This document shows positions 9,390 to 21,100 of a stretch of 64,000 nucleotides of DNA, in pieces. How positions within the stretch are numbered: the first letter of the stretch is position 1; each line of letters begins with the position of its first letter. Source of the stretch: Ostreococcus lucimarinus (taxonomy: Eukaryota); the NCBI GenBank assembly GCA_000092065.1, contig CP000594.1; one strand, given 5' to 3'. A program made the translations under genes and the position numbers. Below the pieces are notes generated by a model, which saw nothing but the letters and a program-made list of their open reading frames with translations, did no database searches and was not told where the DNA came from.

Positions 9390-9595
9390 GATGCGCTGTG
9401 TTTCTTTTCTCGGCCACGCGCGCGTTTTCTTTTGTCCGCCTCTCTCTCGCGCGCGCGTCGTCGAGTGATGCTGGTGCCGCTCGTGACGGATTTAAGGGCG
9501 TGAACACCCGCGTGTAAAAGCAGACACTTTATATAGCACTTTGGGAGGTTAAAAGGTGTCCCAAAGTCTCATACATTGGCCTATACTTTGGCAAC

Positions 9596-9637
9596 ATCCC
9601 GCGCTTTGATTACTGTACAGTAATCAAAGCGCGGGAT
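9596..9637. repeat. 42-bp perfect palindrome atcccgcgctttgattactgt|acagtaatcaaagcgcgggat
   Basis: Read directly. A half-copy (ctttgattactgtacgcggg) at 8763-8785 and a 9+6+9 hairpin (ggcggtgac caggtt gtcaccgcc) at 8800-8823 bound the ~0.85-kb unit containing the MGCCLS pseudogene. Confidence 0.85.
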
Positions 9638-9730
9638 ACCGTGGAATGGACTCGGAAAAACCTCTAGAAGTTCGGCGGCGCCATTCCGCGCGCGATCTCA
9701 GCGGGCGAGCGTGATCACCAACGTGGACCG

Positions 9731-11800
9731 ATGAGGCACCGATCGTACCGTGTATGCAATGGACGCACGCTCGCACTCATCGCGCTCGTCGTGCTTGTCG
9801 CACGCACGCAGCGCGTCTTCGCTTCGCCGACCGACGAGCGAAGATTCTGGACGCCCACTGTCGTCGCCGTGGACGACGGCGTCGGTTCGAAGATCCGACG
9901 CATGGGAAACGATGTGGAGAAATCGAAGTCTTTCGTGTTTGAGAACACGGTAGCGGAATCGCTGACAAGAGATGGCGTCGTCGCGGTGCGAGTGCGAGGC
10001 TTGAACGAAGCAAAGACACAGAGCGCAAAACTCTTCATGGATTGCGCGCGGGTTACGGATAATGTTGCAGTAGAAGAGTACGACGATGGATCCAGGCGCG
10101 TGACGCTCGCCACGACGACGAAGCAGAGGGGGAGTGGTTTCGGGGAACCCACGTCCAAAGCATGTAAGAAGTTCGAGGTCACGACGAAAATGCTTCGCGC
10201 GAAAGTTTCTGTGGCCGAACAAGCAATCACGGACGTGTTTCAGAGCAAGTTTTCAGATCTGAGTGAATTTGCGAACGGGGTACTGATGCAGGGAGAGAAC
10301 GGCGAGACCTATAAAACTTTCTCGGAAGTATTGAAAGACTGCGAGCACCTTGAACATTTTCACGGCTACACGATTTCACCACAACAAAAATTGAAGAATA
10401 GTAAAGTGCGGACGATCGAAGAGCACACGGATCAAGGTCTACTCATCGCATTCGTCCCGGCCATAATTGTCGATGCAGTGACGGGAAGGCGCGATAAGTT
10501 TTCCTCAACCGGCGATTTTTATATGACGCTTCCTGGGCATCGCAAGGTGCTTCTCCATTTTGACACGCTTCCAGACGATGTCGTTATTTTTATGCTGGGT
10601 CAAGCAATCGAGCAACAAATCACTCCCAAACTTGCAAACGGCCTTGAGCTTCACGCTGTACCACACGCAATGGATATGCCCAATCTTAAATCTAATCAGT
10701 TCAGATTTTGGTATGGGCGAATGTTCCTCCCACCTGAGAATGCCTTGGACGAAAGCCATGGTCTCTCTTTTGGGACAGTGCGCGCTAACATCATCGAAGA
10801 TTTCGCACGTGGGCTGAAGACATCCGTGGGATGTGGTCGTGAGCTCCTCTCCGTGGCAGGGAGCGGTTCATGCGCTAGCAACCAGATATGGTGCTGGATG
10901 CGATGCATGAATCACTCAGCGCCGGCGAGCAATCCACTCACATGCAGGACGGGTCATAGTGTCCAATGTTTGAGCCAAAGACTGGAAGTCTGGACGGATG
11001 CCGACAGTCATGGTGATTATAATCCTGGATGCACCGACGAGACCAACGAGACAAAGCCCGTCACCGATCCACCGACCATCCCAGCTCGAGCAGCCTCTTG
11101 TACAGATGGAAACGCCTGGGAAACTTTTTTGAACCACTCCGAATATGAAAACAGCTTGGAGCTGTTACAAGATAAGTTATATTTACTCTGGACTGTTCAA
11201 AATGGTAAGTTAAAAGCCCGAGTTGCCTTCAATGGCAAGATTGGTTGGTTTGCTCTCGGCATCAAAAACCTAGGAGGGAAACACAACGGGATGAACGGGG
11301 CGAACATCGTCATGGGCGTCCACGACCCTCATCCAATGGGTCACGACAGCAATTTCGGTTCTCCTTATGTTGGAAAGAGCAGTGCGAAACAATACAAAAT
11401 CCACGATCATTCTTCTGCTTTTCGACATTGGAATGACACTGCTGACGTTGCCTCACCCTTCGTGAGTTCGACGACGTTCAATTCATGTTTCAGTTGTATG
11501 CGTTTCGAGACGGCCTCGATACGGGGCGAGGCTCTGAATCTCACCTCTGGTATTAATGAACTCATCTGGGCTGCTCATGATGGCACTTACCTCAAAGGCT
11601 ACCATGAAGTACAAGGATTCGATCGGAGAGATGCACGCGGGCATCTCACGCTTGACCTGACGCGAAATTACGGTCGTGTAACGTGCGGCTTCTCAAGAGG
11701 CTGGGCTGCGGCGAGTCAAACATGTGCTTTTTCGGCAGCAAGCACTCCTTCAGCGATAGTTTCTATATCCATTGCTGTCATTGCAATCCTCGTTATGTGA
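9731..11800 (+). CDS. Secreted/membrane-anchored protein with an N-terminal 2OG-Fe(II)-oxygenase-like domain (HTD…H) and a C-terminal DOMON-like domain, plus a hydrophobic C-terminal tail (GPI/TM-like)
   Basis: ATG confirmed, followed by a signal peptide (LALIALVVLVARTQRVFA). HxD…H: EEHTDQGLLIAFVP … KVLLHFDT. DOMON-like: GKIGWFALGIKNLGG…MNGANIVMG…SAFRHW…ELIWAAHDG. C-terminus IVSISIAVIAILVM. Confidence 0.45.
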   Translation: MRHRSYRVCNGRTLALIALVVLVARTQRVFASPTDERRFWTPTVVAVDDGVGSKIRRMGNDVEKSKSFVFENTVAESLTRDGVVAVRVRGLNEAKTQSAKLFMDCARVTDNVAVEEYDDGSRRVTLATTTKQRGSGFGEPTSKACKKFEVTTKMLRAKVSVAEQAITDVFQSKFSDLSEFANGVLMQGENGETYKTFSEVLKDCEHLEHFHGYTISPQQKLKNSKVRTIEEHTDQGLLIAFVPAIIVDAVTGRRDKFSSTGDFYMTLPGHRKVLLHFDTLPDDVVIFMLGQAIEQQITPKLANGLELHAVPHAMDMPNLKSNQFRFWYGRMFLPPENALDESHGLSFGTVRANIIEDFARGLKTSVGCGRELLSVAGSGSCASNQIWCWMRCMNHSAPASNPLTCRTGHSVQCLSQRLEVWTDADSHGDYNPGCTDETNETKPVTDPPTIPARAASCTDGNAWETFLNHSEYENSLELLQDKLYLLWTVQNGKLKARVAFNGKIGWFALGIKNLGGKHNGMNGANIVMGVHDPHPMGHDSNFGSPYVGKSSAKQYKIHDHSSAFRHWNDTADVASPFVSSTTFNSCFSCMRFETASIRGEALNLTSGINELIWAAHDGTYLKGYHEVQGFDRRDARGHLTLDLTRNYGRVTCGFSRGWAAASQTCAFSAASTPSAIVSISIAVIAILVM

Positions 11801-12051
11801 CGCGGAAGTTTGCATTCTTCACGATCTTTCAATCGACACCCGAAACAGTCTGAGCACGCACCGACAGTCACGCCGTTGTAGGTCCCGGCGTGATAACAGA
11901 ACTCTTCGCTTGATGCGAGTGCGTTCGTGCTCGCGTACGCACTCGAAACGGTGCAGTCGGCGTGAGAGAAACACACGTCGCCCGGGTCCGCGCGCGCGGT
12001 GTGCGCGACGGCGAGAGCGAAAACGAACGGCACGAGGAGGTTCTGAAACAT
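11716..12051 (-). CDS. Small secreted Cys-rich protein (111 aa, 8 Cys)
   Basis: The track ORF starts at a TTG (12108). The first ATG at 12051 gives a signal peptide (MFQNLLVPFVFALAVAHTARA). Its 3' end overlaps the convergent 9731..11800 gene by 85 nt, which lowers confidence. Confidence 0.25.
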   Translation of the reverse strand: MFQNLLVPFVFALAVAHTARADPGDVCFSHADCTVSSAYASTNALASSEEFCYHAGTYNGVTVGACSDCFGCRLKDREECKLPRHITRIAMTAMDIETIAEGVLAAEKAHV

Positions 12052-12119
12052 TTTTGGTGTGGGTTTAGCTCGCGAAAAAGTTTCAGCGAGGCTTGACGTG
12101 CGCCGCAAAGTGAGGTTCG

Positions 12120-12310
12120 GAGATCCGGAGATCCGCCGGTTGACGCCCCGCGGGGCGTGTGTGCCAGCCCGTAGGGTTTAGGGGATCGGACATATGGAGC
12201 CTCACTATTAAGACACACTGTCATATATATTAATGGATTTATGACAGTGTGTCTTAATAGTGAGGCTCCATATGTCCGACCGCGGGCACACATCCCCGCG
12301 GGGCGCCAGC
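12120..12310. repeat. ~190-bp foldback: perfect 37-bp arms (ggacatatggagcctcactattaagacacactgtcat / rc) around an 18-nt AT loop. Arms are extended imperfectly by cgccccgcgggg(c/a)gtgtgtgcc, and the left arm contains tagggtttagggg.
   Basis: Read directly. A related end-sequence (ggcgccccgcgggtgtgtgtgtcagccc … gtcggacatatggagcctcaca) recurs at 29290-29410. Confidence 0.75.
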
Positions 12311-12439
12311 AGGGTCAGGTCGCAATTTTGCGTTTTCCCGCTCAGCCTTCACTAGAAACGTGTCTAAACCGGCCACTTTTTAAATCTTGTTTTTTGCTAG
12401 GTTTTTACTGTCTCCGGGTCTCGGAGGAATCGCGTGGAG

Positions 12440-12955
12440 TGACCGGTTATGGGTTTAGTGGTTGGAGGTCCTGTGAGGAACTTTCTCTCCGTCACTTTTT
12501 TTCCATTTTTGAAAAAAAAAACGTCACATGTAAACTTTATAAATAAACCTATAACCTATAACCTATAACCTTGAAGGTTGAAATTTCTTAAGACCCGGGG
12601 TCCGCTGTTAAGGGGGGTCGGAACGCACAGAGAAATCGGGCTCGTCGTCCTGTGTATCAGCAGTCCTGTAGTAGGAAGTCATTTTTTGCTGTTTTGGGCA
12701 TCCCTTGCGTTCAGAGATTCCATTCTGAAGAAATCTTAAGCGAGGGCACCAAAAACTCAAGGTCTCAACGGTCGCACGCTTCAGACTAGTTACATCTTCT
12801 GTACCTCCAAGCAGCGAAGTGCTCCTGTGTGTCAGGTTTGTCTCACCAAACACCGAGATCTTCGAGAAGACGAACACGTTCCGCTGAGAGTTTGCACGTG
12901 CACCTGTCTTCCTTTGCCTGATTTGTGAGCCATCACCCCAGATTTGAATGTGGCG
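12440..12955. repeat. Dispersed repeat R, copy 1 (~515 bp). An inverted partner lies at 46500-47045, ~90% identical.
   Basis: Manual alignment of the reverse complement of 46500-47045 to 12440-12955. It includes the (ctataac)n microsatellite and the spurious ORFs 12608..12877 / 46505..46726. Confidence 0.75.
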
Positions 12956-13013
12956 TATCTTATCGCGACACTCTCGCTTAAGATCTCTTCAGAATGGAAT
13001 CTCTGAACGCAAG
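12704..13013. mobile_element. MITE-like 310-bp unit with 41-bp terminal inverted repeats (cttgcgttcagagattccattctgaagaaatcttaagcgag … ctcgcttaagatctcttcagaatggaatctctgaacgcaag, 40/41). Solo TIR copies at 27029-27069 and 46718-46758.
   Basis: TIRs read directly. No clear target-site duplication. The left TIR and interior are shared with repeat R. Confidence 0.45.
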
Positions 13014-13244
13014 CCGTGGATGTATTAAACTGTGAACGAGGCTAGTCATGGTTCGATTTTTTGGATTACAAGTGTAGGTCTACTTTTACGTTTCGTGGAC
13101 TCCGCTTGAGTCGGCCGATGTCACCACGTCAGGTGTTTCGAGTGCACTAGAGACGTGACCGCCGATACACAGGACGTCGAGCTCGGCGTGCCTGATTTCA
13201 CGACTCGGTGACCATGGTTTGAAACCGAAATGACCATCGGCTTC

Positions 13245-13375
13245 AGGCCCAGGCGCGGCCGCAATGCTACTTTAAACTTAATATATTTTTTTTGAAAAAA
13301 GAGTAGTAAGAGTAATAAAAATAAACTTTTTTTTTGAGTTGGGGCACCCCAACATGATAAAACCGCACATCGCGG
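13245..13375. repeat. Module M: ggcccaggcgcggccgcaatgctactttaaactta…(AT-rich)…gagttggggcaccccaacatgataaaaccgcacatcg. The same module flanks the GIY-YIG gene of the primase element (36335-36540, with an internal 75-bp duplication, and partial at 47175-47210).
   Basis: Direct comparison. It contains the inverted repeat ttgggg-ca-ccccaa. Confidence 0.7.
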
Positions 13376-13837
13376 CGAGCCATGCGCGACCATCAATTTG
13401 ATGTCATGTCTAGTCAGGCTCTCGTGGTAAAAACGTAAGATGTGCTTATTACAGCATATGCCAATTGCGCAGTAAATCTCGAAGGACGACATCAAACATA
13501 TCACAGAGCGCGCGCTTCACACCGTACAACACCATCTAAGGTACTTTCGACCGACGTTTTAGGCAATTTTGACTCGCCGACTGGTCTTTTCCAGTTGTGA
13601 CGTCAGATTCGATACGATACTGGGTTACGATGCGTTGAGTTGGACTGTAGAGGCCTGTACCCTTACATGCACATCTTCCATGGAGCGCTGGAGAAAAGGC
13701 ATTGTTGCATAATTATTGTCAAAATATAGATATTTTAATTTGACGCCACCATTATTAACTTTAAAATCAAGCCAGATCGCGACGACACTGAACATTTGAA
13801 TGTGTATTCACACTTGAGAGACACTGGTTTCGGCAAC

Positions 13838-14821
13838 TCACGATCGAGTACCGAAGACAAAATTAGCGCACTTTTTTCTATCATCTGCAGAATGCGAGTT
13901 TGGCGCATTTTTTACTGCGTCGCAGTGTTTCTTAGCCGCTTTGCACTGTTTGGAGCAGACATGCGGACATGCTGCCACCCAGGTTGGGTTGGAACATAGA
14001 TGGCGCCTGCCTTCCGGCTTGCCGCAGCCCCGCGGAATCGATTCACAGGGAGCCATGTTGGGTAGATCAGGCGTTTCCCAGACGGTACCAGAGATACCAT
14101 CGAAACCTGGGCACGTGTAATCGTCACTCAGAGTACAGCCAGTCGCCGCCGAGCCTTGACAAGATCTTTTCCAACCACCCAAACGCCTATGGCCCTTTGT
14201 ACGCTTTTGGCAAGTACCCGTCGACACGTTGTACGCTTGTTTAGCTTCCTTAGTATCAAACGAGTGACACACGCATGAATCAATCAGTGGCAAAGCGCGG
14301 ACCTGTACGGCCGGCTCATGCTCGCACGCCCAACACGAGTGTCCTCCAATACTGATCCCGAACCGCTGGCGCATCTCTGACGCGCAGACTTTCGCGCGTT
14401 CCTCCTCGTTGAGCTCCATTCCCGCGCAGGCACAAGCGCACTGTGCACGCGACCACTCCACTCCATCTGTCGCACCAACATAACCTCTCATATCATTCTC
14501 CAGTTGGGCGTGTTGGTCGTGGCATATTCTCGCACACGCCGCGAATGTCTTCATAGATTCTGGTAGTCCGTAGTGCACCGCGGCCTGGGACACCGCGTCG
14601 TCATCCATGAGTTTCCACCCCGTGACCCCCGAGCTCACTGGCCGCCGCCGCCGCCCGAGCTCACTTGACGGTGCATCCAAATCACCGCCCGCATCGCCTG
14701 GGTCCGTCGCCACCGCCGTGAACGGCGCATCCGCGTCAACGCCCGCGGCGACGTTCAGCGCCGCGGCCCCCACGAACAGCGCCAACGTCAAAGGTGACAC
14801 ACATTGCCTTCGAAACCCCAT
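13838..14821 (-). CDS. Secreted Cys-rich protein (~327 aa after signal peptide MGFRRQCVSPLTLALFVGAAALNVAAG)
   Basis: The track ORF starts at TTG 14962. The first ATG at ~14820/14821 is followed by a signal peptide. There are >25 Cys in CxC/CxxC arrays (…QCACACAGMELNEE…SCWACEHE…). Confidence 0.4.
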   Translation of the reverse strand: MGFRRQCVSPLTLALFVGAAALNVAAGVDADAPFTAVATDPGDAGGDLDAPSSELGRRRRPVSSGVTGWKLMDDDAVSQAAVHYGLPESMKTFAACARICHDQHAQLENDMRGYVGATDGVEWSRAQCACACAGMELNEEERAKVCASEMRQRFGISIGGHSCWACEHEPAVQVRALPLIDSCVCHSFDTKEAKQAYNVSTGTCQKRTKGHRRLGGWKRSCQGSAATGCTLSDDYTCPGFDGISGTVWETPDLPNMAPCESIPRGCGKPEGRRHLCSNPTWVAACPHVCSKQCKAAKKHCDAVKNAPNSHSADDRKKCANFVFGTRS

Positions 14822-15111
14822 CCCGCGCGCGCGATCTGCTTTTTCGTCCACGCGGCGTCCACTCGCGAACGCGCGGATACCGTTCGCTCTCTCAGCGCCC
14901 TCCACGTCCGATCGGTTCGGAAGTGACGCGCGCGCGCAGAATAGTTTCGCGTCACAACGCAATTATTCATTCCCGTGTTGATTTTATTCTATTCCAGGGG
15001 GTATGGGTATAGAGTTTACAGTGCCTTCGTACGAGATATTTCCCAACACCCTTTAGTACCAAAACCTAATTGCGTATCTTCCCTCACTTTCCGACGTCAC
15101 GCGCGCACGCG

Positions 15112-18100
15112 ATGACGTCGGCGACGCCGAAACGACGGCGCGCGCGCAGATTTTTGTATGCGTTCGGAGGACCGACACTCTTATTTAACCTCATGCGCGT
15201 GTTTGCCATGTCCGGGCTCGTGGCAACAATTACAATGTCAACAGCCGCGGGCGCCGCCCACGGTGGAGGTGCGAGCATGGACGAGGGACCGGCGCAAATG
15301 CATTATATGCCTGATCGATTTCGCAGCCTCGCGGGCGGCGGCTGGCTTACTATCTCATCGAGAGACGTGCACAAGAGCCTGATGCCCATGCCTGGGATGC
15401 GCGGTGGCGGGGAAGGCGCGAATGAGTCAGCAGTAAGTGGCAGCGCGATGAAGGACGAGGTGAAGATCGATCTGGCCCACGGTGACCCAGACGGTGAGCG
15501 ATCGTGCGATCTCGTGCATTACAAGTCATCCTCGAATGAGTTGGTGTGTTCACCACGTGCGGTGGATTGCTGTTTGGACGGACTCACGGCGCAGGAGCTC
15601 GCCAGCGTAAGCGATGGGTGCCCGTCGGTGAGACCAGAGCTGAACGTCGAGGTCAACGGTCAGCGATTGACGTGGGGCAGCGCTGGTAGAAATGGAAGGG
15701 ACACGCTCACGGACGAAAGTCTCAAAGTGAGCCATGGGCAGACGCCGACGATCGTGGCGGTCGAGCCGGCTGAGGTTCGTCCCGGTGAGTTGATCACGGT
15801 GTACGGACGAACGTGCTTTGGCGATGTTTGGAAGAAAGATGAAGATGATGGTTCGTCTCTACGTGATGATCCCGACGCACTGCGAGATCTATTCTCGGTT
15901 GAAGCGAGCGCAAGAGAGGATCCGCGCCAAGAAATTGGATTGGAAAAGTCTCTCTACAAGGTGCTCATCGGTGACCTACCGTGCGAGGTTCGAGATCCAC
16001 TCACAAACAGGTACTACCGATCCGAGCGCGGCGATGGTCCATACACAGCCCACCGGCAAACAGAGTGTGGACCCGTTAACGGTTGGTTTCAGTGCCGTGT
16101 ACCCCAAGACATCGATTCCGGTCTTCATCTACTTCATTACGAGACGTACACCAGAGGCAATGCTGTGATCCTGTCTGAGGCGCTCAGATGGAATGCATCG
16201 GACGCGTCCAAGGGCTACGTGCTGTCAGTGGTTGATGATAAGTCGGAAGATGAAGATCCACCGCGTGTTTATAACATAACGCAGCTCTCGAAGGATGAGT
16301 CCAAACAGCGACTCCTTGTTGAGGGTGCGTCTCTTGATGCGCCAAATATCGTCGTCGAGCTTGACGGGGAGCGCTGTGGTGGAAAAAAGGTTGTGTCCAG
16401 ATCTGGCATCGAGGTTGAATGCTCAGGTTCAGCTGGAGCGAGCTCGCAGTATCACTACGGCCCCCCCGCGTGGCTGCGTGAAGACTGGGTGTTCAAGGAC
16501 AAGAATAATAAGTTTGTCGGTGGCAAAGCGTGGTCTAACGCTCTCCACGTTTTGAAGCAGCGTGGAGAAAGGTACAACCCTCTCGCCGACGAAGTCATGG
16601 ACGCTTTAAGCTCGGCATTGGCAACGAATGGCATTGTCCGCGGGTACAAGATCGAGAAAGTTCAACAGTATCTCACGAGCCCATCGGTTGGATCACCATA
16701 TGTTGAGGCAACTAGCGGCATGAAAGCGGCGCACGCCGGACTCATCCGTCACCGAAGGATACGGAATGCTGTGTTTGAACGTGTAAGCGGAGTCATCACC
16801 GCCAAAGCAAACGGGCGAATGCGCGTGGCGATCGCCAATGCGGCGGGCAATAACATGGTGCTTCGTGTGCGACATGTTTCCGACAACTTAAATGTATTCA
16901 AACCTTGGTTGTTAGTTTCCAAATTTTGCGGCACCAGATACAGCAGACAAAACATTTATCGATACGGCTTTTCACAGTGGTTCAGTGTTCGTGGTAACGA
17001 AAAATACTATATGGAATTTCTGATGAACTTGGACCCCAGATACTTGCACAATTTCGGGGGATTCGATGTTAAGATGGAATTTTCCTACGACGCGGGTAAT
17101 CCTGCGGGATCAATTGGGCAACTTACGCACACGACAACGCCTCACGTGCCCAAACGAGCGCATGGTGGCGATTACGTCGTGCGCTTTAGCGGCGCTTCGA
17201 AAACTGCGATCAGATTCGCTCATAATGCAACTTCTTCAAGAAGCAATTTTGAGTGGAAACTCTTCAGTGGCGGCAAGACCATCGAGTTCAATACGAAGAA
17301 TTGGTTGCATGCACGCGAACACGTGCGGAAAGTTAGAGACGCTCTGCGATGGGCTAACTGTACCGCGCTGCCTGAAGACTCAAAGATGTGGGACGCGGAC
17401 TCGACCCATTCTTCGCACCCATTCGACGTCGAGAATCGATGGCTCATGGTGCGTGATACGCAGACCTTCAAAGAGCCCACCACAGATTGGAACTTCATAT
17501 GGCAACGTCGCATGGGCGGATTCAGAGGCGCGTCGATCGACTGGAGTACCTCGTACTGTTCGACACACAGTCAAAAATTTGATTTGTCGTCACTACCCCC
17601 AGGAAGAGTCATCACTCCTTCTTCTCATTTCGACGTACCTGCATCTTCTCGTGCGACGACGAATAAGTTTCTGAACTTTGCCTACAAAGTCACTCCGGGT
17701 ACGCGAGCGACCTTGTTACTTCGTCTAAAGTACCGAAGCGGTAATCGGGACATATCGACCACGTGCGCGGTTCTCCTCACCCATGAACAAGCGACTGGGA
17801 ACGTGAAGAACTTCGATCACCCAGCGTGTGTGGACCTTCGAAGCGTCTTCAAGGATGATGGAGAGTGGCACTTTATTTCATTCGATTGGCGAACTGCGTT
17901 GGCCGGTGGTGAGTATGCCCCGAGTTATTTGGGCGAGGCTATGTTCCCGCATAAAGTGCAAGTTCAACTCGATGGTATCGGTGTCGGCGCGCAGAGATTC
18001 CTCGGCAAGTGTCCGAATAAACAGCGCTTAGCGGAAATGTATGTCGGTGATGAAGGAAGTGAACTGCGCGGTTACCTCTGGTTGGATAGCGTTTCTGTGA

Positions 18101-21100
18101 CACAGGAACGCTACTCTCCTCAACGAGTCGAGACGCCCTCTGCACAGCTCGGAGGTATGCAAGAAGGCGTTCACGCAATCACAGATATTGAATATTCGGT
18201 CATCAGCCGAAGCGATGGCTCTAAGTGCAAATCGCTGTCGGACTGTGATATCATCGTGAGCCTGCGTCAGGTGAAGAGATGCATTGATGCGCAGTCGCGA
18301 GGCGATTTCAATATTTCGCCGATGGTGATGTCACAGACGAGTCCAAACCCGCAACCCGCGACGGTCTCGTGTGGTCGTCACTATGCAGCGAACTGCTCGA
18401 CTTGTCCGTGGAAGGTGTCCGCGGAAGGTGTCCGTGGAAGGTGGATGGGCTGGAAATATTGCAATGGTGCGTGCGAATGGAGATGGCACGGGCGTATCAA
18501 TGCAGGTGGCACGTGCGTGTCAAAGCCAGCTCCAACTCCTCCGGCAATAACAGTCACGGATCGTACTTCTTCAACACGTGGAACCGTCACTGCACAGATC
18601 ACAGGGGGGACGATGACGCAATTTTCCACCTCTGCCAATTCATCTGAAGTGCAGGACGCATTACGTCATGTCCTCGGAGCGCACGACGGAGGCTTCGTGG
18701 TGAGTCCAAGCATGGATTTGTTTGATGCGTGCGGTGTGAGCGCTCATCGCATGCGCGTTGCGCATGCGAGCGATCTCGAATCGATCCAAGCGCGGTACAA
18801 AGAAGTCGTCAATGGTGTGCCCCTGGGAATGCTACCGAAATCTTCCCGAGGCCGCACTGCGGAAAATGACGCAGGTCTCCTTAATATAACTGTGAATGTC
18901 TCAGGCGGCCTCGCTGAGATAGTCGCGACAGACGAGTCGAGCGATTTCATCGGTATGGTGCCCCTGGACACGAGAACAGATCTCGATGTGCGCGCCTTGA
19001 TTCGCGGTGGCGACGCCGTGTTGGCGACGGCTGTTGTGACGGATGGCGACACAGTCGTACCATGTTCTGTCTCACCTGACCGTATGTCTGCGACTGGCTT
19101 CAAACAAGTTCCGAACGGGCAGGCATTCGTTGGCGATGCTTCTTGCCACATCATTGTGCCACACGAGGAAGTTGCATCTGACGCGACCGTGCACGCTCCG
19201 ACGGAGTTGAATCAGGATGGTTTTCCCTCACTCGGTGAGTCCGTGAGTCAATCGAGTCCGACAGACCAGAAACGTCGACGGGACGTCGAAACTATCCGTC
19301 GGCGCAGCATGTCAAACTCGCTAAAATTTCCTGGCCATGATACCTGGGCAAAACGAGATCTATCGATGAGTAGATCCGATCTTGGACGATTAACAGTCAC
19401 AGTGGTTGGTTTTGGTGCGCGTGTGCACAACGGCGCCGCGCACCGTAGAGCTGCGAATCACGCGCGGAAACTGTTGAAAACGGAACTCGTCGCGAAGGAT
19501 GCAGGTCAGGGGAGTCTCAACAATACGAAAAGCAAGTATGAATTTCCGGCGGGCGCGGGTCGATTCAGTGATCCATCGACGTGGGGTCCTCGGGGAGTGC
19601 CGGACCAAAACTCGACGGATATGCTCTTTATTCCTGCCGGTTTCAATCTTACTCTGGATGTCGCCGATACGTACTTCCGCGTGTGGGTGATTGAGGGGCA
19701 CCTAAATTTCCAACGGGGCATGAACATCACGATGCAAGCAGAAATGATCGTCATCAACGGCGACGACGCACACTTTAGCATTGGGAGTGAAACACGTCCC
19801 TTTGAAGATCAGGCGAATATCATCATGCACGGTCACTGGCGATCCCTCGGCTTGCCCAAATATGGGGTGAAGTGCATCTCACTGACGAGCGGACGATTAA
19901 CATTCTATGGTCAGCACGTCACGCCTTGGATGGAACTGGCCACTACGGCTTCAGCTAACGCAAACGTTATTTCCGTCAGAAGCAAGGAAGGCAAGACTCC
20001 AGATCTCGCCGGATGGAAACCGGGTGCGAGTATTGTGGTGACGTCAACCTCTTACGGGGACAGGAGATGTCGGCAAAACCGTACAGACGACTGTCAACCC
20101 GAGGAGCGCGTTATTGAATCTGTCACTCCTAGAGGCAACTTTGCGGACATAACTCTCGATCGACCGTTGAAGTATGAACATTTGGGTGAATCCGTGAATG
20201 TGGCGGGAAGCCCCCGCGGGGCTACGATTGAGCGTCGTGCTGAAGTAATGCTTCTCACGAGAAATATCAACGTGCGCGGCACGACTGAACACAATGGGTA
20301 TAAGCTCGTCGGCTTTGGCGCGCACACTATGATGATGTCTGGTCAAATGGTGTTGAAAAATGTTGAATTCGGCCCAAACGTCGGACAGGCCTTCCAACTG
20401 GGTCGGTATGCCATCCACTACCACACGCCCAATGAAAAGATGTTCAAATATGGTTTGACAGCCTCAAATGACCCGAGGATGCAGGGCGCAGACCAGCGCT
20501 TGAGTCGTGTGGAGGGAGTCTCGGTCCACCAATCAAACAACCGTGCGATCGCGGTGCATGGTTGTTATCGACTGAACATCATTAACAACGTCGCGTACAA
20601 CATCTTGGGACATGGGATGTTCGTTGAAGATGGTGTGGAAATGTGGAACCTCTTCAAGGACAACGTTGTTTCTCTAGTGCATCGCTCTTTCTCTCTTTTG
20701 AACACTGATCAAACACCTGCAGCGTTTTGGATATCGAACGCTAACAATTTCTTCATCGGTAATCGAGTGTCATCGAGTAATCATCATGGATATTGGTTTG
20801 ACCCACCAGGAGGACCTACCGGACCGTCGTCGCGAACGCTCACGGGGCCTTTGGAAATCCAAAAATTAAGCACTCGGAAGGTACCGCTCGGCCAGTTTGA
20901 AAATAACAGAGCCCACTCGAATGGCCACTCCGGACTTTGGATTGATCAAATAAACACGGTCTTGCAGCAAGGCGGCAGGCTCAGAATGTACATGGTCGGT
21001 ACCCACGTATGGAACAATGGAATCAACGGTTTCGGAATGATTACCGGCGTTGGGCATCTACAGATTGTGAATACGTTTGCCATGGGCAACGGGATTGACA

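Noticed and set aside
13121-13504. ORF 13121..13504 (-) and ORF 36305..36526 (-) containing FLLLLLLFFQKKY…
   Set aside because: They are translations of the AT-rich module-M repeat (the poly-Leu comes from gagtagtaagagtaataaaa) and are not conserved as protein.
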